NCBI RefSeq assembly: GCF_003704095.1
Contig: NW_020844494.1
Span: forward strand, 248,001 to 312,000
From: Pocillopora damicornis
Taxonomy: Eukaryota
Direction of reading: 5' to 3'
Length of the DNA stretch: 64,000 bases
Part shown: positions 1 through 13,861 of the stretch, in pieces
Numbering within the stretch: position 1 is the stretch's first letter
How the letters are laid out: each line of letters starts with the position of its first letter
Translations under genes and position numbers: made by a program
The notes under the pieces: generated by a model
Databases searched by the model: none
The model's input: only the letters and a program-made list of their open reading frames with translations
What the model was told of the DNA's origin: nothing

Positions 1-433
1 TAAACATTTCTTAAGGTGATTATAAGGAGGATCTGTTTAACAATCAAGAGATTCTTTTGTTGGTGATCATTTCCTTTATTCTCCTGGCCTTGAAGTTTGA
101 TCTAGGGCAATATTGCAAGGAAAAATTAGATGCTAGTCACTTGCAGGGTTTTAATGTTACTACATGGCTTAATAATTTTAGGGGAGATTTATTTTGTAGA
201 TTGGTGAGATTTTTTCCTTTGAAGGAAAATTGTTTTGCCGTTGGGATGACTGATTATCAGTAACTTTTGCTTGGAAAAGATGTTGTGGGAATTTCTGTTT
301 GAGCAGTGGAGAATTAAGGAGAAAGGGAATGTGCAGATTATTTTCCAAGTTCTCCATCGTGTCCTATAGTGTTTCCAGCTTCTGTTTGATACTTATTACT
401 ATTATAAATGTTCTTTTGCAATTTTTTTCATAG

Positions 434-2074
434 AATATCAGCCAAACAAGCTCTGAGGCATCCTTACTTCAAACAACTCAGGTATAGTTGCAACCTAAAT
501 AAAGTCAATTACAAAGAAAATAAATTAAAACTTATGAAAATTAAAAGACACACATCATTAGGAAATGAATTTGTCTACTAAGCATTTTCTCGTATGTAGA
601 TAGCCTTGATAAAAAACAAATATGAATTATGTTTTCTCTTTAAAGTATTTTGAAGAGGTTACTCATTTTGGGCTTCCAAAATATAACAGCAGGAATTTCA
701 GTTTGATGGTTATGAAAGAAAATGTGATGTCTATAGAATAAAAATTTAATGTCCTATGTAGACCAATTAGTTTCCAATTGATTCAACTCAACAGGGAGTT
801 AGACAAAAGGCAAGTTGCCGCCAACACAAGGTATTCATCGCCATCTGAGGCTTCAGTTATAACCAAACCACATCGAATGGTGAAAAAGAAGGTGAACTCC
901 TTGTACAGTGTATATCTGAATTGTGTTTACAGAAAGGCTTTCATTTTAAGGTTGAGCTTTGCTTTTTCCTCTGTAAGGTTTTTCTAACACATAGTTTTTT
1001 GTTATTACCATCAGAGAAAGCATGTGAGAGGTCATGCACGTTCACCAACTGAGGTAAAGTTTCACAATTTCTGCTAGAGGCTTTGAAAAAGTATATTTAT
1101 TGACTACTGATATCATGCATACAGAGAGCATAGTGTGCAAAATGTCAGTAGGTAGCATTTCGACTGTCAAAGATGAAAAGCTTGATGCTGAGATTTACTT
1201 CAGGGGTAACATCTCCATGTGTAACTGAACAGCAAACATCCTCCTTTATCCGGAAGATCAAAAAGTTTCCAATCATTATATGTGTTCTTAAAACAAGAAA
1301 GGCTTAAAAAAATTGAGCATCCTAGTGAAAAGCATGGGACTAAGAGAAAACTATGAATTTTACCATGTTGTGATAGTAAAATCAGTTCCATGCCTTCTTT
1401 AATGTAATATTTTTTCTTTGTTACAGTCTATTCTTCCAAAAGACGATGGTTTTGGCCTAACAGGAGGAATAGTTACCCATCAACAGCCGTCATTACCATC
1501 TTTAGGTGTAGGCTTCAAGACCAATACATATGGCACAACTTTACCCAAGATACCAGTTGCAACTACCACACATACAACAACTTTCCCAACATCATTTCCT
1601 TCAATTATCCATCAAGAAAAAAATAAAGTCAAGGTGATTATTTTTATTAATGGTCGCTAATCACAATCATTGACAAAATTGAAGAAACTGGTAAATACAC
1701 TTGTGATAATTCTCTGAGATGGACAGCAGAGAATTTAGAAAAACTTTACTCTCAATTTAAGCTGTCGTATTTGTTTGGCTGTGTGGTCATTAGAGACAAA
1801 CAAGGAAGAGAGCGATTTAGGATGCATGTTATGACTAAGATTAATGGATGGTTACAAGTATATTATTTTACCAACATTTTTGAACACTGTGATGGAGCAT
1901 ACAATACTACAGACCAGGATAAACCACTGGCGAGTTGTTAATTTTATCATGATAAATGTTGTTCAGTATGTATTGTGGTTTTTTTTTTTCCAGAATCAAA
2001 CAAGCCAGAAGTTTGGACATTACACATTACCAGCAATTGATAACTCAAAACGAAGTGGTGCTCATGGCTTTTGA
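434..2074 (+). CDS. MOK: 3' part of MAPK/MAK/MRK overlapping kinase (MOK/RAGE-like CMGC kinase); 5' exons lie upstream of the window
   Basis: Phase-consistent exons 434-481, 795-891, 1015-1053, 1427-1633, 1994-2074. The first encodes the end of kinase subdomain XI, (R)ISAKQALRHPYFKQL, followed by a low-complexity tail with LPSL/LPKI/LPAI motifs typical of MOK. Confidence 0.75.
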
Positions 2075-3592
2075 AGGAACATTTGGTTTCGGCAGAGAGA
2101 TTACAAAGTCTGAGAACTATTATGGGTTGTGCACATGTATGACGGTATTGTAAATAATGAAGGCTTGCCTACTAGCGTCAGTTTTTTTGCATCTTGGCCT
2201 TGCTAAAGCAAGGCTGGTGTCTCTCAGAGATCATCAAGGAGCCTTAAAGGAGGATGTGCATTCCTTTTCCTTTTTTCTAAAGAATCAAACTGCTCTTTTC
2301 AAAAATGTCAATGAAAACCCCGTCAAAAGGAAATCAACTTAATCAAGGTTTAAACAACAAGAGGACTCTATCCTATTACAGAACTTATTTTTAATTATTT
2401 GTGATATTGAAGACAGGTCCTTAGTTTCCTGCCATCTTTATGAACATCTACATATATGTACTTGTTCAATGTTATCTTGTTATTTAAGATATTTTAGTTA
2501 GACAAAGAAATGCAAGGTATCCTATAAATAATGTACAGAAAATATTTTTATGAACAAGAAAGTATTTTTTACAAGTTCAAACATTGTTACATGTAGGTTA
2601 TGATTTTAAGTAGAATTTGATTTTGGAAAAAAAATAATTTAGCTGCCAGCCCAACAGCTTTGATTTCACATTTATAAAAATGTGGAGGATACCTGAGATT
2701 CTGTTTTTTAAAAAGTTGATATATTTCCACAATATACATTGTCAGCCATGTCTAGAAAGTCTGCCCTTTTTAATTCATCTGGTGTTGTTAGTTATTCCTG
2801 ATTGAAGACACATTCTTGGAACAAAAAAAAAAAAGAACACAAACTTTGAACAATGGCTCACAAACTTTGGAATAATGGGAATGGAGATTGCTGATTACAG
2901 ATAAGGCCTAGGATTGTTCCTTTCTGGAACACTTTCAGGAATTTTTGTTTCCACTGTTTTCTAAATATTCTAAAAGTTTATTTATCTTTCAGTTTCAACA
3001 AATACAGTTTATTCCAAACTCCCAATGCATTGCATAATTCAGTTTTCCTTTTTTACATCTCTCAAATCTGATGTCCTTTCAGTGGTAGTTGCAGAATTAG
3101 ATTGTCAATTAAAATATTTTGTGAACTAGGAGATTTTTTCTTATTTAGTGAACCCCTTCTGTATTATTTCCCTTTTGTAGGGTTCCACATTTTTTGTTTT
3201 AAAGAAAAGGTACTTTAGAGAATTCATTTGGATAACAGACATTCTACAGAGAACTGAGTTGTCTAGTAAGATCTGTAACATACTGTCAAGATCTTAACTA
3301 AGTTAATTTTTGTAAAAAAAAAAAAAAAAAGATTTAATTTAGTTTTGAATTGACAAACCAAATGTTAAGCTGCAGCAATAGTGTGGTTTTGAACTTAAAA
3401 AATAAAGGTGTGAATCTATGAACAAATTTGCCTATTACAGCATTCATTTTCCCACTGACATTGTCACCAAACCTTCCTTCAAAAGAAACTCCATGCTCAT
3501 ACACACATTTCTTATGCAATTTATGGAAATGATATCTGGTCAACAGAGTTCTCAAAAAAGTGCCAAAGCAATCAAGAGAGCCATACCAGACT

Positions 3593-4420
3593 TCATCATC
3601 ATCATCATCATCATCACCATCATCATCACTCATTGTGCCAGTAGGCACATAAGGCTGTCACATTGTCTGCCTAACCCCCTGTCATGTGCTGCTGCTTTGG
3701 CTACGTTTCAGCTCTTTCACCCTGCTTTGCCTCTCTTTCTTTTGAAAGTCCCTCTCCAAGTGGTCTTTGGTCTCCCTCTCGCCCTTTGACCTTCATGTGT
3801 CCACCCCAATGCCATAAAACAGTCATTCACACCCTCTCTCCTGAGTATGTGTCCTAACCAGTTCCACCTTCTCCTTTGTACCTTGCAGCTAACTTCACTG
3901 ATCTCTGCCATTTCAACTACTCTCTTGTTTGTCATTCTTGCTGCCATCTAATCCTAAGTATCCGTCTTGGGCATTGGCATTGGAAACTGTTCAGTAAGGA
4001 TAAGAATCCTGATATTAAACATCCTTGCTTTACTCCTGACTTAATCTTGAACCAGTCTGATATCTTGCATCCATCAATTACTGTGCATTCAAACCCTTCC
4101 TATATGCCTACTTCCACTGTCTCTATCTTGCGTGGAACTCCATGGCTCCCTGGGATGTTCCACAAGCTTTCTCTGTAAACTTAATCAAAGGCTTTTTCAA
4201 AGTGAGAAAACTGTTCCAGTTGCAGCAAATCCATTCATACCACAGAAGTCACATAACCTTTCCCCATTATCATTCATGACTTTAACACCAAATTTCCCCA
4301 TTACCTCCTCTCTGTTAATGTTGTTACTCCCTACCTTAATGTTTAGATCTCCCATCACCACAATGTTGTTGTTAATCTTTTGTCTCTCTGCTTCTTGTCT
4401 AAATATCTCTGGCAACATTT
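3593..4420 (-). mobile_element. Degenerate, internally deleted RTE-clade non-LTR retrotransposon
   Basis: AP-endonuclease motif VVMGDLNIKVG...NDNGERLCDFC (4197-4418); RT piece ...WFKIKSGVKQGC (~4010-4200); RTE C-terminus RRRWNWLGHILRR...ARGRPKTTW (3717-3947); (GAT)n 3' tail at ~3593-3630. Confidence 0.85.
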
Positions 4421-4904
4421 AGATATTGTGTCATCTTGAATTTTAAACAGAGGATACTACCTCAATTTTTGACCTTTCTAATAAGACATCTTTCTACAGT
4501 CTCAGATGGGGGCATGGATACTAGTGGTATAAAGTATAAGTGTTTCTGTATCGCAATTCTTTTGAGGGTAGATTAAATATTCTGCACAAATATGCTGGAG
4601 GTAACTTCACAAAGTGCTTCAAACAATTAAACACTTTTGTCTTGAATAAATCAAAGGACTTTGATCCATCAGGGTAATGGTTTTTATTGCCTTCTAATGC
4701 TCAGTATCACTCTGACTCCCCTTTCCCCTCCTATGGTGTACATCTGAGACTCATGAACAACATTTTACAGTAGGCCAAAATTTTAATTGACTAATTAAAA
4801 AAATTAAAAAATTTTCTTCAAAAAATATCTTACATTATTTAAGATGTTCATCAAAATTGCCTAGAGGATAATATAGTTCTCCTAAAATGATGCAACTACA
4901 GATT

Positions 4905-5618
4905 TTAAACTCCACTCCTGTTTCGGTAACCTCTGACAATAACAGGCGCCTGGAACCACAGCCATTCATCTGTGTTCGCGTTAGGGGGGTTCAGCTGCTC
5001 GTCAAGGGCTGTCCTTACACTTATCTTACAGCTTTGACCTCGGTTGGGTGGCTTGAAAGATGATTTTGGTCGAAACCATTGGACATGTGAAGATCTGCTA
5101 GCTTGTATGAAGACAAACATTGAAGTAGGGGATATATCCTTAAATGTACCGAGGTCTGGATTTGATATTAAGCTCCGTATCAGCTTACGACAAGAAGAAT
5201 TGCATATTCTAGAAGAACTCTCCAAGCTGTTCCTTTCCTCAGGGTTCTGAAAGTCTAAAAGATATCGTTCTTTTGGACTAACCGGTGTTGACCCCAGTAA
5301 GATTAAGGCAGACTTGACCACTGTTGACATAAACAGCTTGTTTATATTGTCAGACAAACACTCTACATCTTCGTATACTTTCTTAGCGTTCTTGTACTCC
5401 GTGTTGAGAAATCGCCGGGTCACTGGTTGCTCTACAACATTTGTATTTATATCTTGCTTCTGTTCCTCTTCCATCATTCTTGTGAGTTCGTGGTAAGGCA
5501 TCGGTAGTTGTTGCCTTTGATACAAAAGGTATTCAATGCAGCTTTTTATAAGGGCCGACTTAATGATTTGCGTGACATCTTCATTAAGATTTAATATAAC
5601 TTCTACCTCTTTTGCCAT
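4905..5618 (-). CDS. MAD2L1BP: MAD2L1-binding protein (p31comet, HORMA domain), single coding exon, 237 aa
   Basis: Motifs IEYLLYQRQQLPMPY, LILLGSTPVSPKE, WFRPK and WLWFQAP match the p31comet family. Confidence 0.9.
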   Translation of the reverse strand: MAKEVEVILNLNEDVTQIIKSALIKSCIEYLLYQRQQLPMPYHELTRMMEEEQKQDINTNVVEQPVTRRFLNTEYKNAKKVYEDVECLSDNINKLFMSTVVKSALILLGSTPVSPKERYLLDFQNPEERNSLESSSRICNSSCRKLIRSLISNPDLGTFKDISPTSMFVFIQASRSSHVQWFRPKSSFKPPNRGQSCKISVRTALDEQLNPPNANTDEWLWFQAPVIVRGYRNRSGV

Positions 5619-5785
5619 ATATAATAGTACCTAGAGAAAGAAATCGTCTGCTAAAAGATTCCTAAACAGGCGTCCTTACGAATTTCCACGGCCCGTTTTC
5701 GTTAGTCAAAGACGTGCCCCGAAAATGACCCCAAGATTGGATATGGAACGCCTGTCACTTTCTCGCCGTGATGAGTTGGAACAAA

Positions 5786-8700
5786 ATGGCGGACACTCAC
5801 GAAGAAATAGTCCCTAGAGAACCAACCTCAGCTGTGTTTTCCAGGGCAGATTTCATGAAAGAGTCTTTTAGTGTTGACAGCTTCGTTGGAAACTGCAAAG
5901 GGAGTGTACCTTTGGAAGTGCTAAAATCAAATTTAGACGAGTATTTGAAGGCCTTGAAACATGCATTGATTGAGTTGATCAACGAAGATTACGCCGACTT
6001 TGTGAACTTGTCTACAAACTTGGTGAGTGTTTCTCTCGTTTTAGTGAAGAAATAGAAACTTTTCTGCAAGAAAATTATTTGTTAAGGTACGAGATGTCAT
6101 GGTTTACAGGCTAATCTGTATAAACAGGGGATGAACGGGGAAATATGTACTGAAGCTTTTGATGATTTAGGGGTCGTTTTCGGAAAATTTCTGACGAGGC
6201 TTGAGGCCAGAGGTCAGATGGTTCCCAAGGGAAATTTTGATGACCTGAGTTACTTTTTATTCAGACGAGTAGAGTAGTCTTTTGTTATATGATCTCTTTT
6301 ATTTTGCTACTAGTCACACTCCTTTACAGAAAAGCATGATATACACAGTGATGCCAACCTCTGGACATCTCAAATCTGGAGATCTCTTTTTCAGACCAGA
6401 ACCCCCGTGACCGAATTTGCCAATGAGATTCGGCCCTGGAAAATTTATTTTTTATTTGGACCCCCTACCCCCCCCCCTCCTGAGCAATTTTGCAAGAAAA
6501 ACATGGATCTATCTGTCAGGGACTTAAATAGTTGAATACTCATCCAATCAGACTCTCACTTAAATCGGATTGACAAAGAAAAGACTCTCTTCTTTTTGAA
6601 TGAACAACATGTTTCATGCAAGAAAATGAAGCCAGAAACTGTAATACAAGCATAAGAAGCTAGATGATTTTAGAATTTGGGAACATATGGAGCTTAAATC
6701 TTAGTTTTTTGTGAGCAACTGATCCAAACTTCCTTTTATTTGGGAGTTTTGGTCACCTGTATGCAAGAGTGGGAGATTGGCTCTGTAACTGCGAGACTCA
6801 CTGATAATCCAGGAGAGTTGGAATATATGTATACATTTAAAAAAAGTGCTAAATTTGAGGAAAACTAACTAAAAGAAACACTAGAGGTTTACCTGTGATG
6901 GAATTGCATCCATGTAAACTTCTAGTTACCAGATCTTCCCAACTGCAGACTAGGGATATGCTCTGATAGCCTGGTTTCTGATCCAGAACTTACCAAAATT
7001 TTAACTTCTTGGATAACACTTTACACATTTTTATAATCATTGAATACATTTTAATTATAATCGTGGTACTTTTTAGGATCAAGGGCCACAAGTTCATCAG
7101 TTGAATTACTGTTGTGTGCTACCCACCTTAAATAAAGTTGTTTGTTTGTTTGTTTGTTTATTAGGTTGGAATGGATAAGAGTATTGCCAACTTGTCAGTT
7201 CCTCTTGGTCAACTGAAGGAGGAAGTTTTGGTGAGTATATTTGCAGAGAGTAAACTGTAATCTTTGTTTAGAATTGGATTAATGAAAGAAAGTTAATGGG
7301 AATCCAAGATGTTTGAAGGTATCACTCTTCAAGTAGATTAAAGTAATTTGACTGAGTGAATTTTGTTTCCGTAAACATTGCAATTGTCTATCCCTCAGCT
7401 CATAAAGTCTGACCTTGATGGAACAATTGGTGCAATAGAAGACAAATTGGATGAAAGAGCACTGCTAAGACAGACAAAGGTATCATAAAAGGACAACCAG
7501 TCATATAGCTTGTTTAACAAACTGTAGATATCAATTTTTATGAAAGAGTAATCATGGTAGTTTTTTGGTCAATAGATTTCTCTTCTTTAGGGATTTTCAA
7601 GTCACTGAAAACAGAGGAGCCTTGAAACTCGTATTTAAAAGATAATTCTTTTGGTAAATTTTTTTTCCTTAGAAAAAGAGTGTTTGGGTTTAGATATTTT
7701 CATGTACACATTTTGGGCATAGTCAGTAATAAATGAGGATTCTATGCATTAGCAGAACTTTAAAAAGAACTTTGCTATTGGAGTCTTGCTTTATTTTCAT
7801 TGCAAACTTCTTATTTCAAATCTTTACTTTTCATCCAAGACATGCATGCAACATTTATTGAACATCACAAAGTCACTGGAAAAGATTGAGAGACTCTTAC
7901 AAGGATCCCGCCTCTCTCAGGAAGTGACAGCTAAAGAACCTGAAGGGTGCGTAAAAACTAACCTTTACAAGTATTTTGGAGAATTTTTCACTTCATCAAT
8001 GCTAAATAAATGACCTTTGTATTTGTTTTAGGGATGATGACTCTCATTTGATTGAGAGAGTTGCCAGTGAATTTAATCAGCTGCAGTTTTATGTTACTCA
8101 GAGTCAGGGGCATCCATTGGTGGAAAGTATCAGAGGGGTGAGTTGTTTGATTGGTTGATTCCTGAATTAATAAGAAAATGTTGCATTATGTGCAGGAACT
8201 ATGCAGATAGGATATTTTATTGCAAAAGTATCAAACTGGCACTGGTTAAGTTTGGATGTTATTTCATTACCTTATTCTGCTAGAATGCTAGTGTGACATG
8301 GTAGGAATTGAATGTTGTCATAAGGTAGGAGTTTAGCCTTAATGCATTAAATAACTTCTCCTAACATTTCAATACTTTAATCAATAGCAAGGTAATGAAA
8401 ATATTTAAACCAGTCAGCAAGTGGTTGCCAAATTCTTCCATCAACTGAATTTGTTTACTACCTCAGAAGCAGCAGCAAGATTTTAACACAAATACTTATT
8501 TTAACTGTTTCTTTTATATTTCCTTGAAAAGCGCATTGCTGCCATCACAAGTACCCTTCAAAAAAAATTGGAAGCAGCATTTCAAGAAGGGCTCCAAACA
8601 GGAGAATTGAATCTGTTGTCCAGAGTGCTAAGAACTTATGCTATCATTGACAAGACAAGAGATGCTGAATTGTTGTTCAGAGAAGTTACTGTTAAGCCAT

Positions 8701-11700
8701 ATATGAGCGAGGTAAGATCTGAACAAGGCAAAACCTCATTTAGCAACAAGGGGTACTGCTATTTTATCTAGATTTGGTGCTAGTCTGGTTTATGTTGTTG
8801 GTCAGATTTCTGCAGTTGTTCACCTTTTTATATCAGGAAGTAACAAGGGTTACTGTTATGCCAACTGCAAATTCAGGCACTTCAGGACAGTTTACCAACC
8901 AGCATTTGTCAGCTTTACCATAGTTTCCTGGCATTCATTACTCTTTTGTGGAAAGCAGCACTGGTAGACTTAATGTGTGTCTTGCCCAAGAACACAGCTC
9001 AATACTTCACCAAAGTTGAGACCAATGCTTTTAGCTCACAAACTCTCAAATTGCTACATCTCCTACGGCAGTATAAATTGGATAAGTTTACTAACTTTGT
9101 ACAATTTCTCTTAAGGTTATTGATGAGAAGATGTTGACTGCAGATCCCTCTCAAGGTCTGTTCAATGTGTACAACAAAGTTCTTGAATTTGTCCCCAAAC
9201 ACTGTGCACAGATGATGAACATAACATCAGGTAGATTTGTTGCCAGTGATGTGGAGATGTTTGGTGAACAGAGAGCAGGAATAAGAGGCTTTGATTTCTT
9301 AGTGAATGCTGTGTGGCCTGAAGTAGTGGGTCTCATTGATGCACGGTTTGGATCAATCTTTGCCCCTGGTAATCCAGATGCATTCCATCAGGTATTTGAT
9401 GATAACAATGATAAAATAATAAAAACAATAACAACATCAATTGACCACTCCCCCAGTGGGGCTTTTCAAAGCCACCACAATCCAATCTCATCATAAATGA
9501 ACTTTGAACTTTGAATTAGACTTAGAGTTAAACAATCCTGACTGGCCTGAGGCAGATCAGTTGGCCATATGCACAGCCAAGGAGTTGAACTCTGGGCAAC
9601 TGAAAACAAATCAATTGAGGAGCTTGGTGGAGGTCTTGAACAGGAGATTTCTAGATTACAAGTCCAGCTCCTTACCCATTGGCTACGCTGCCTCCTTTAT
9701 AGTACCATTAGTGATTTGTTAGTCTGCATAGCAGGCTTGTTTTTACTTTGTAGTGTGTCTGGCATTCTGTCATCTTAACAAAACTACTTTAATTAAAGTG
9801 ATCTCAAATTTACGCTGCAGAAATACATGACCACAATATGGTTTATCAACAAGTTTGAGGGTTTGTGTGGTTCTAAAGCAAGTGTACAAAGACTGCGGTC
9901 ACATCCCAGCTTTACAGCTTTCATGGCAAGGTGGAGTTTGCCAGTCTATTTTCAAATCAGGTGAGTGTAAGATTATAAAATTGTATCTTGTTTTTCTTTC
10001 AGTTTTCCATCATATTATATTCATATTTTTGGTCCACAATTTTCTGACTGAAAGTAAGTGTGTTTTGCTCCTTTCTTTTATTCATTTTTAGTGTCTTGTG
10101 TCATTTTAGGTTCCAAGAAATGGTAACTAAGTTTGAGAATTCACTCCAGTTGACTCAAGACAAGACAAAAGGTACAGTTTAGTTCATTTGGTTGAAAAAC
10201 TGTAAGTACTCTGCATTACTTGGACGGGAAAGTCTCAAACAAAGGAAATAATTATAGGTAGCTTTAGGTAATAAATTTTTTCAATCTGGCTGACATGTTT
10301 TAATTTCATCTGGTACAAACAGTACTTGAAGTCTCAAGGAATTAGAATGGAAAAGGGAATTGTTCTCTGTTTTGTTTTGTGGGTTTTTCTCAGGACATAT
10401 TGTGAATTTGTTTACAAATTATTAGAACCATGAAATAGATTTTTTGTGGTACAAAGTGAATAAAAGTCTGTTTTAAAGAATGGTACATCACTTTACCACA
10501 GTTATTACAGCTATGGCAGTCAACATGTCATTTTGCGAGTTGTCACACATTAATTTCTGCTCATCACAGATGTTCTCTTGGACTCTGACCTATTCTTGAC
10601 ATCAGCTGTGAGCGTCTTGTGGTGGTGCATCGAGAGATGTTGGCAAGACTCAGTTTACATTCAGGCCCTCTGTCACAGATTTTGGAAGATGACCCTACAG
10701 GTAAGGATTCGAAAGGTAAAGCACAGTCTGTCCTTTATGTTCCAAGCACGTCTCTTCACTTCTCTTTCTCTTCTCATACATCCTGGTTTGTAATGTCTTC
10801 TATGGATTTTTGTCTGAGCTTAACATTCCTTCCAGAAAATGGGCAAGATACTGTTTCCTGTTTTTTTTCCTGTAGCTTCTGTCACGTTTATCTGTGTGGA
10901 TCAAAGAAGATGTTTCATCTCAAAAGGTAGTCATTGTAATTGGAGAGTAAGTTGATAGATTTGTTTTTGGTCACTCACAGGAGTGACCTGAAATCAATTT
11001 CTCACTAGAGTATCAGTTTATTTCGAAGTAAAAAGGGAATGAGAAGAAAGAGAAACATCAACAAAGGGAGATAATTTAACACAAAATTCTCAGATCTGAC
11101 ATTGTTAGAAATGTATGACAAACAGAGTGAAGGATTGATAGTGAGGTTTTCTTCGAAAATTTTTTAATTTATTTGATGAAAAAATAAAATATCACTGCAA
11201 TGGAAATAAGAGAAAATAACTCATAATTGCATTAGCTTGTTCAAAACTCCCAATTGAAAAAAGACAAGTGAAAAAGGAAGTACACAAAAGTGTTGGGAGG
11301 CTAAAGTGAATCAATTAATTTTATTAGATCAGTGATGGTGACACAAAGCAAGGATCTGGAGAGGAGTCTACATTGTACTTAGTTCATTTGCTCAGTGACT
11401 TAAACACTCTTCTGACAAAGGTGGGTTTGGAATTTGGAACATAACTTGAGGAACATAATTTGATTCTGAGTTGATAATAGTCACTCCATCATGTCTGTCA
11501 ATATTCTTGGCATGCTTCACTGTTTTCTTGCCAGACTTTATTGGAGGTTGTCCCTTCTTCCCATCCCCAATACAATGTTGAATTGTCTGGTTTGCTTTCA
11601 GGCGTAGTTCAGCAAAGTCAAAAGGGAATTTGTGGGGTTAAAGGGTTACTGAAGACCTCAGAAATTCAAGGAATTTTTGAAGGAACGTTATTTTCTGTGG

Positions 11701-13861
11701 TATTTTATCACTCATTGTGGTCAAGATTGTTTTCCTATTGAGATTAGTTTATTGGAGCAAAAAATCCAAAATGTGTGTGAGATATGAAAAAAGTATGAGT
11801 TAGTCTCATTATCTCAGGGAGCTTCTTTCCCGCTTCTTTATCTTAGGTGCCAGAGTTCTTTAGACTGGATATATTACCTAAACTACGACAAACAAATATT
11901 CAAGACACAGAGCTCTTGTCAGGTTGGTTTATCCCTTGCTTTCTTTTTGCCAACAGTCATTTTGCAGCCAAGGAGACGCTTTTATCTTAACACTCAACAA
12001 TTCTGTTTTCAGAGGCCATCCTGGAGTCTTGTGGGGCCATTCAACAGATGGTGCCGACACTGGAGGCTCAAATTGTGAGCCAAGTGGTGAATAGAGCCTC
12101 TCAGGGACTTGAAGCTGTTAAGAACATCCCCAGGTTGTATCGGAGAACCAATAAAGAGGTAAGCCCTCTTAACTTCGTACGATATTGGAGTGATAAGTAA
12201 TGACACTGTTATTTGAAAATAGAAGCAAATTAAAGCAGTATTCAGTCATACAGCGTATTTAACAACAAAATCGAAGTTCTCAAAGCCAATCGGGAGAGAG
12301 CTGGTTATCGCAAGCAGCCAGTCAGATTTCAAGGCGAACTCTTGCAAACTGCTTGAAACGCGGGGAAAAGCGTGGCCAATCCTGATTGGTCGATAGATTA
12401 GCGTGAGTTTTCTAGACCAATCACAGAGAAGAAGAAAGCAAAATTAAAGCAAACCCGGATGTACTAGAAGCAAAACATTTCAAAAACAAACACTAACCCT
12501 AACCCTAAGCAAGATTTGTTTCTGTTCTTGAGTGTTCTTCAATTTGCTCCAGGTTCCTCCAAATGCCATATAAATATTTGAAATTCAAAGAATTCTGTCT
12601 ATGTTGATTCTCGGCAGGCTCCAAGCAAGTCGTCTCCATTTGTGAGCAGTGTGCTGAAGCCTGTGCGTGAATTCTTGGAACAGACCCAGCCTCTAATTAA
12701 ACAACAACAGCGCCAAGCCTGGGCAGCGACAATCTTACAGACTTTGCTCGTTAAGTCAGTGATTTTTCGCTTTCGACCTCTACCTTTTTGTTTCCTTAGC
12801 ATCTGTTTATGTTCCTTTTTCCGTTTTCAACCACTGTTTACATCTTACTTAATTGAGATTCTGGACCCTATATTTTTACAGCGAGTTGACATATCTTTGC
12901 CTGAGGATGCGCGCCGGTCTGATGGTTAACGCGCTAGAATTCTGATTGGAAAGTCTGGGCTCGAGTTCCAACTGGCTATGTTTTATTTTCGGGTCAAACA
13001 CTTTCCCCTCACAGTACCTCCCCCAAATGGGAAATATGCACCAACAAGCAGGCAGGGCTGAATATGATAGTATGCGGGGGCATAGAAAAAAAAACTCCCC
13101 CTCGCTTCTAGCGTCATTCTTCAGAAAACGGGATAAGTAACAGCTCTATCAGTGTGGCCGCGAGGCTCGTATGACCCAAGCTAATACTTTTACGGGTGTG
13201 GTCATGTATATTAAAAACCGGGGTTCTTGGCACCCTCGGGCATATTTTTGACTCTTTTAGACGTAGCTACGCCCTTGATTTCCTTGTCAGGAAACCGATT
13301 AGTCCTGTAGTCTTGCTCTGTTTGTCTGATATATCACTTGTTGAAATATCGAGCACATTTGTCGTTAACCAACCACTGTGTTATACAATAACTGTTAATT
13401 AAATTTTCCCCAGGTATCACGCCGTTACAGGCGATGTGCTCACGTCCATCAAACGCACTGAAGACAGCTTGATGCGTCTGAAACGCTCCAGAAAACAAAC
13501 GGGACCTGGAGCGAGTGGCCAAGCTGTCAGTCAAGACAGTCAATCACCCATGAGTGATGACGACAAGATTCGTCTCCAGTTCTCTCTCGACACGGAAGAG
13601 TTTGGACGAGCGGTAAGGAACAAAGATTTACTTCATATGATATTAAAAAATGCTTACACTAAAATTCCTTCACTAAGCTTAAAAGTATACTTGATCTAAA
13701 TTTAACTTTCGGTTTTTACCAACTCAGCCCAACTTTATTAATCTGAAAATTTTTCCTAACAGCTAAAAGAACTGGGTGTCGAAGAGAACCGAATCCCTGC
13801 TTACACTGAATTACTCAACACAGTAAAAGCCGCACGTGCTTCGAACATCGCCAACAGCTGA
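5786..13861 (+). CDS. COG2: Conserved oligomeric Golgi complex subunit 2 (multi-exon)
   Basis: N-terminal LIELINEDYADFVNLSTNLVGMD; internal FDFLVNAVWPEV, FAPGNPDAFH, WSLPVYFQIRFQE, IPRLYRRTNKE; C-terminal MSDDDKIRLQ. GT-AG exons keep frame to TGA at 13859-13861. Confidence 0.95.
6346..6829. mobile_element. Non-autonomous DNA transposon (hAT-like) in COG2 intron 1
   Basis: Imperfect terminal inverted repeats CAGTGATGCCAACCTCTGGA ... TCCAGGAGAGTTGGAATATATG, with TATACA on both flanks. Confidence 0.45.
8840..9070 (-). mobile_element. tRNA-derived SINE fragment (CORE-like domain) in a COG2 intron
   Basis: Contains gtgtcttgcccaagaacaca, the reverse complement of the core shared with copies at ~19700 and ~56800. 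Confidence 0.55.
9405..9700 (-). mobile_element. tRNA-derived SINE of a second family in a COG2 intron
   Basis: Reverse strand starts with a tRNA-like head (ggcagcgtagccaatgggtaaggagctggacttgtaatctagaaatctcctgttcaag) and ends in an (ATT/GTT)-rich tail. Confidence 0.6.
12905..13135 (+). mobile_element. tRNA-derived SINE copy (CORE-like)
   Basis: A/B-box-like head (ggtctgatggttaacgcgct...ggctcgagttcc) followed by a degenerate core aaacactttcccctcacagtacctc. Confidence 0.55.

Noticed and set aside
3334-3789. ORFs with poly-Asp and poly-Ile tracts
   Set aside because: Translations of the (GAT)n tail and antisense strand of the RTE element.
9600-9700. tRNA gene
   Set aside because: The tRNA-like segment is the head of a SINE and continues into the SINE body and tail.
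12493-12508. Telomere-like (CTAACC)n
   Set aside because: Fewer than three units; not distinguishable from chance or a repeat remnant.
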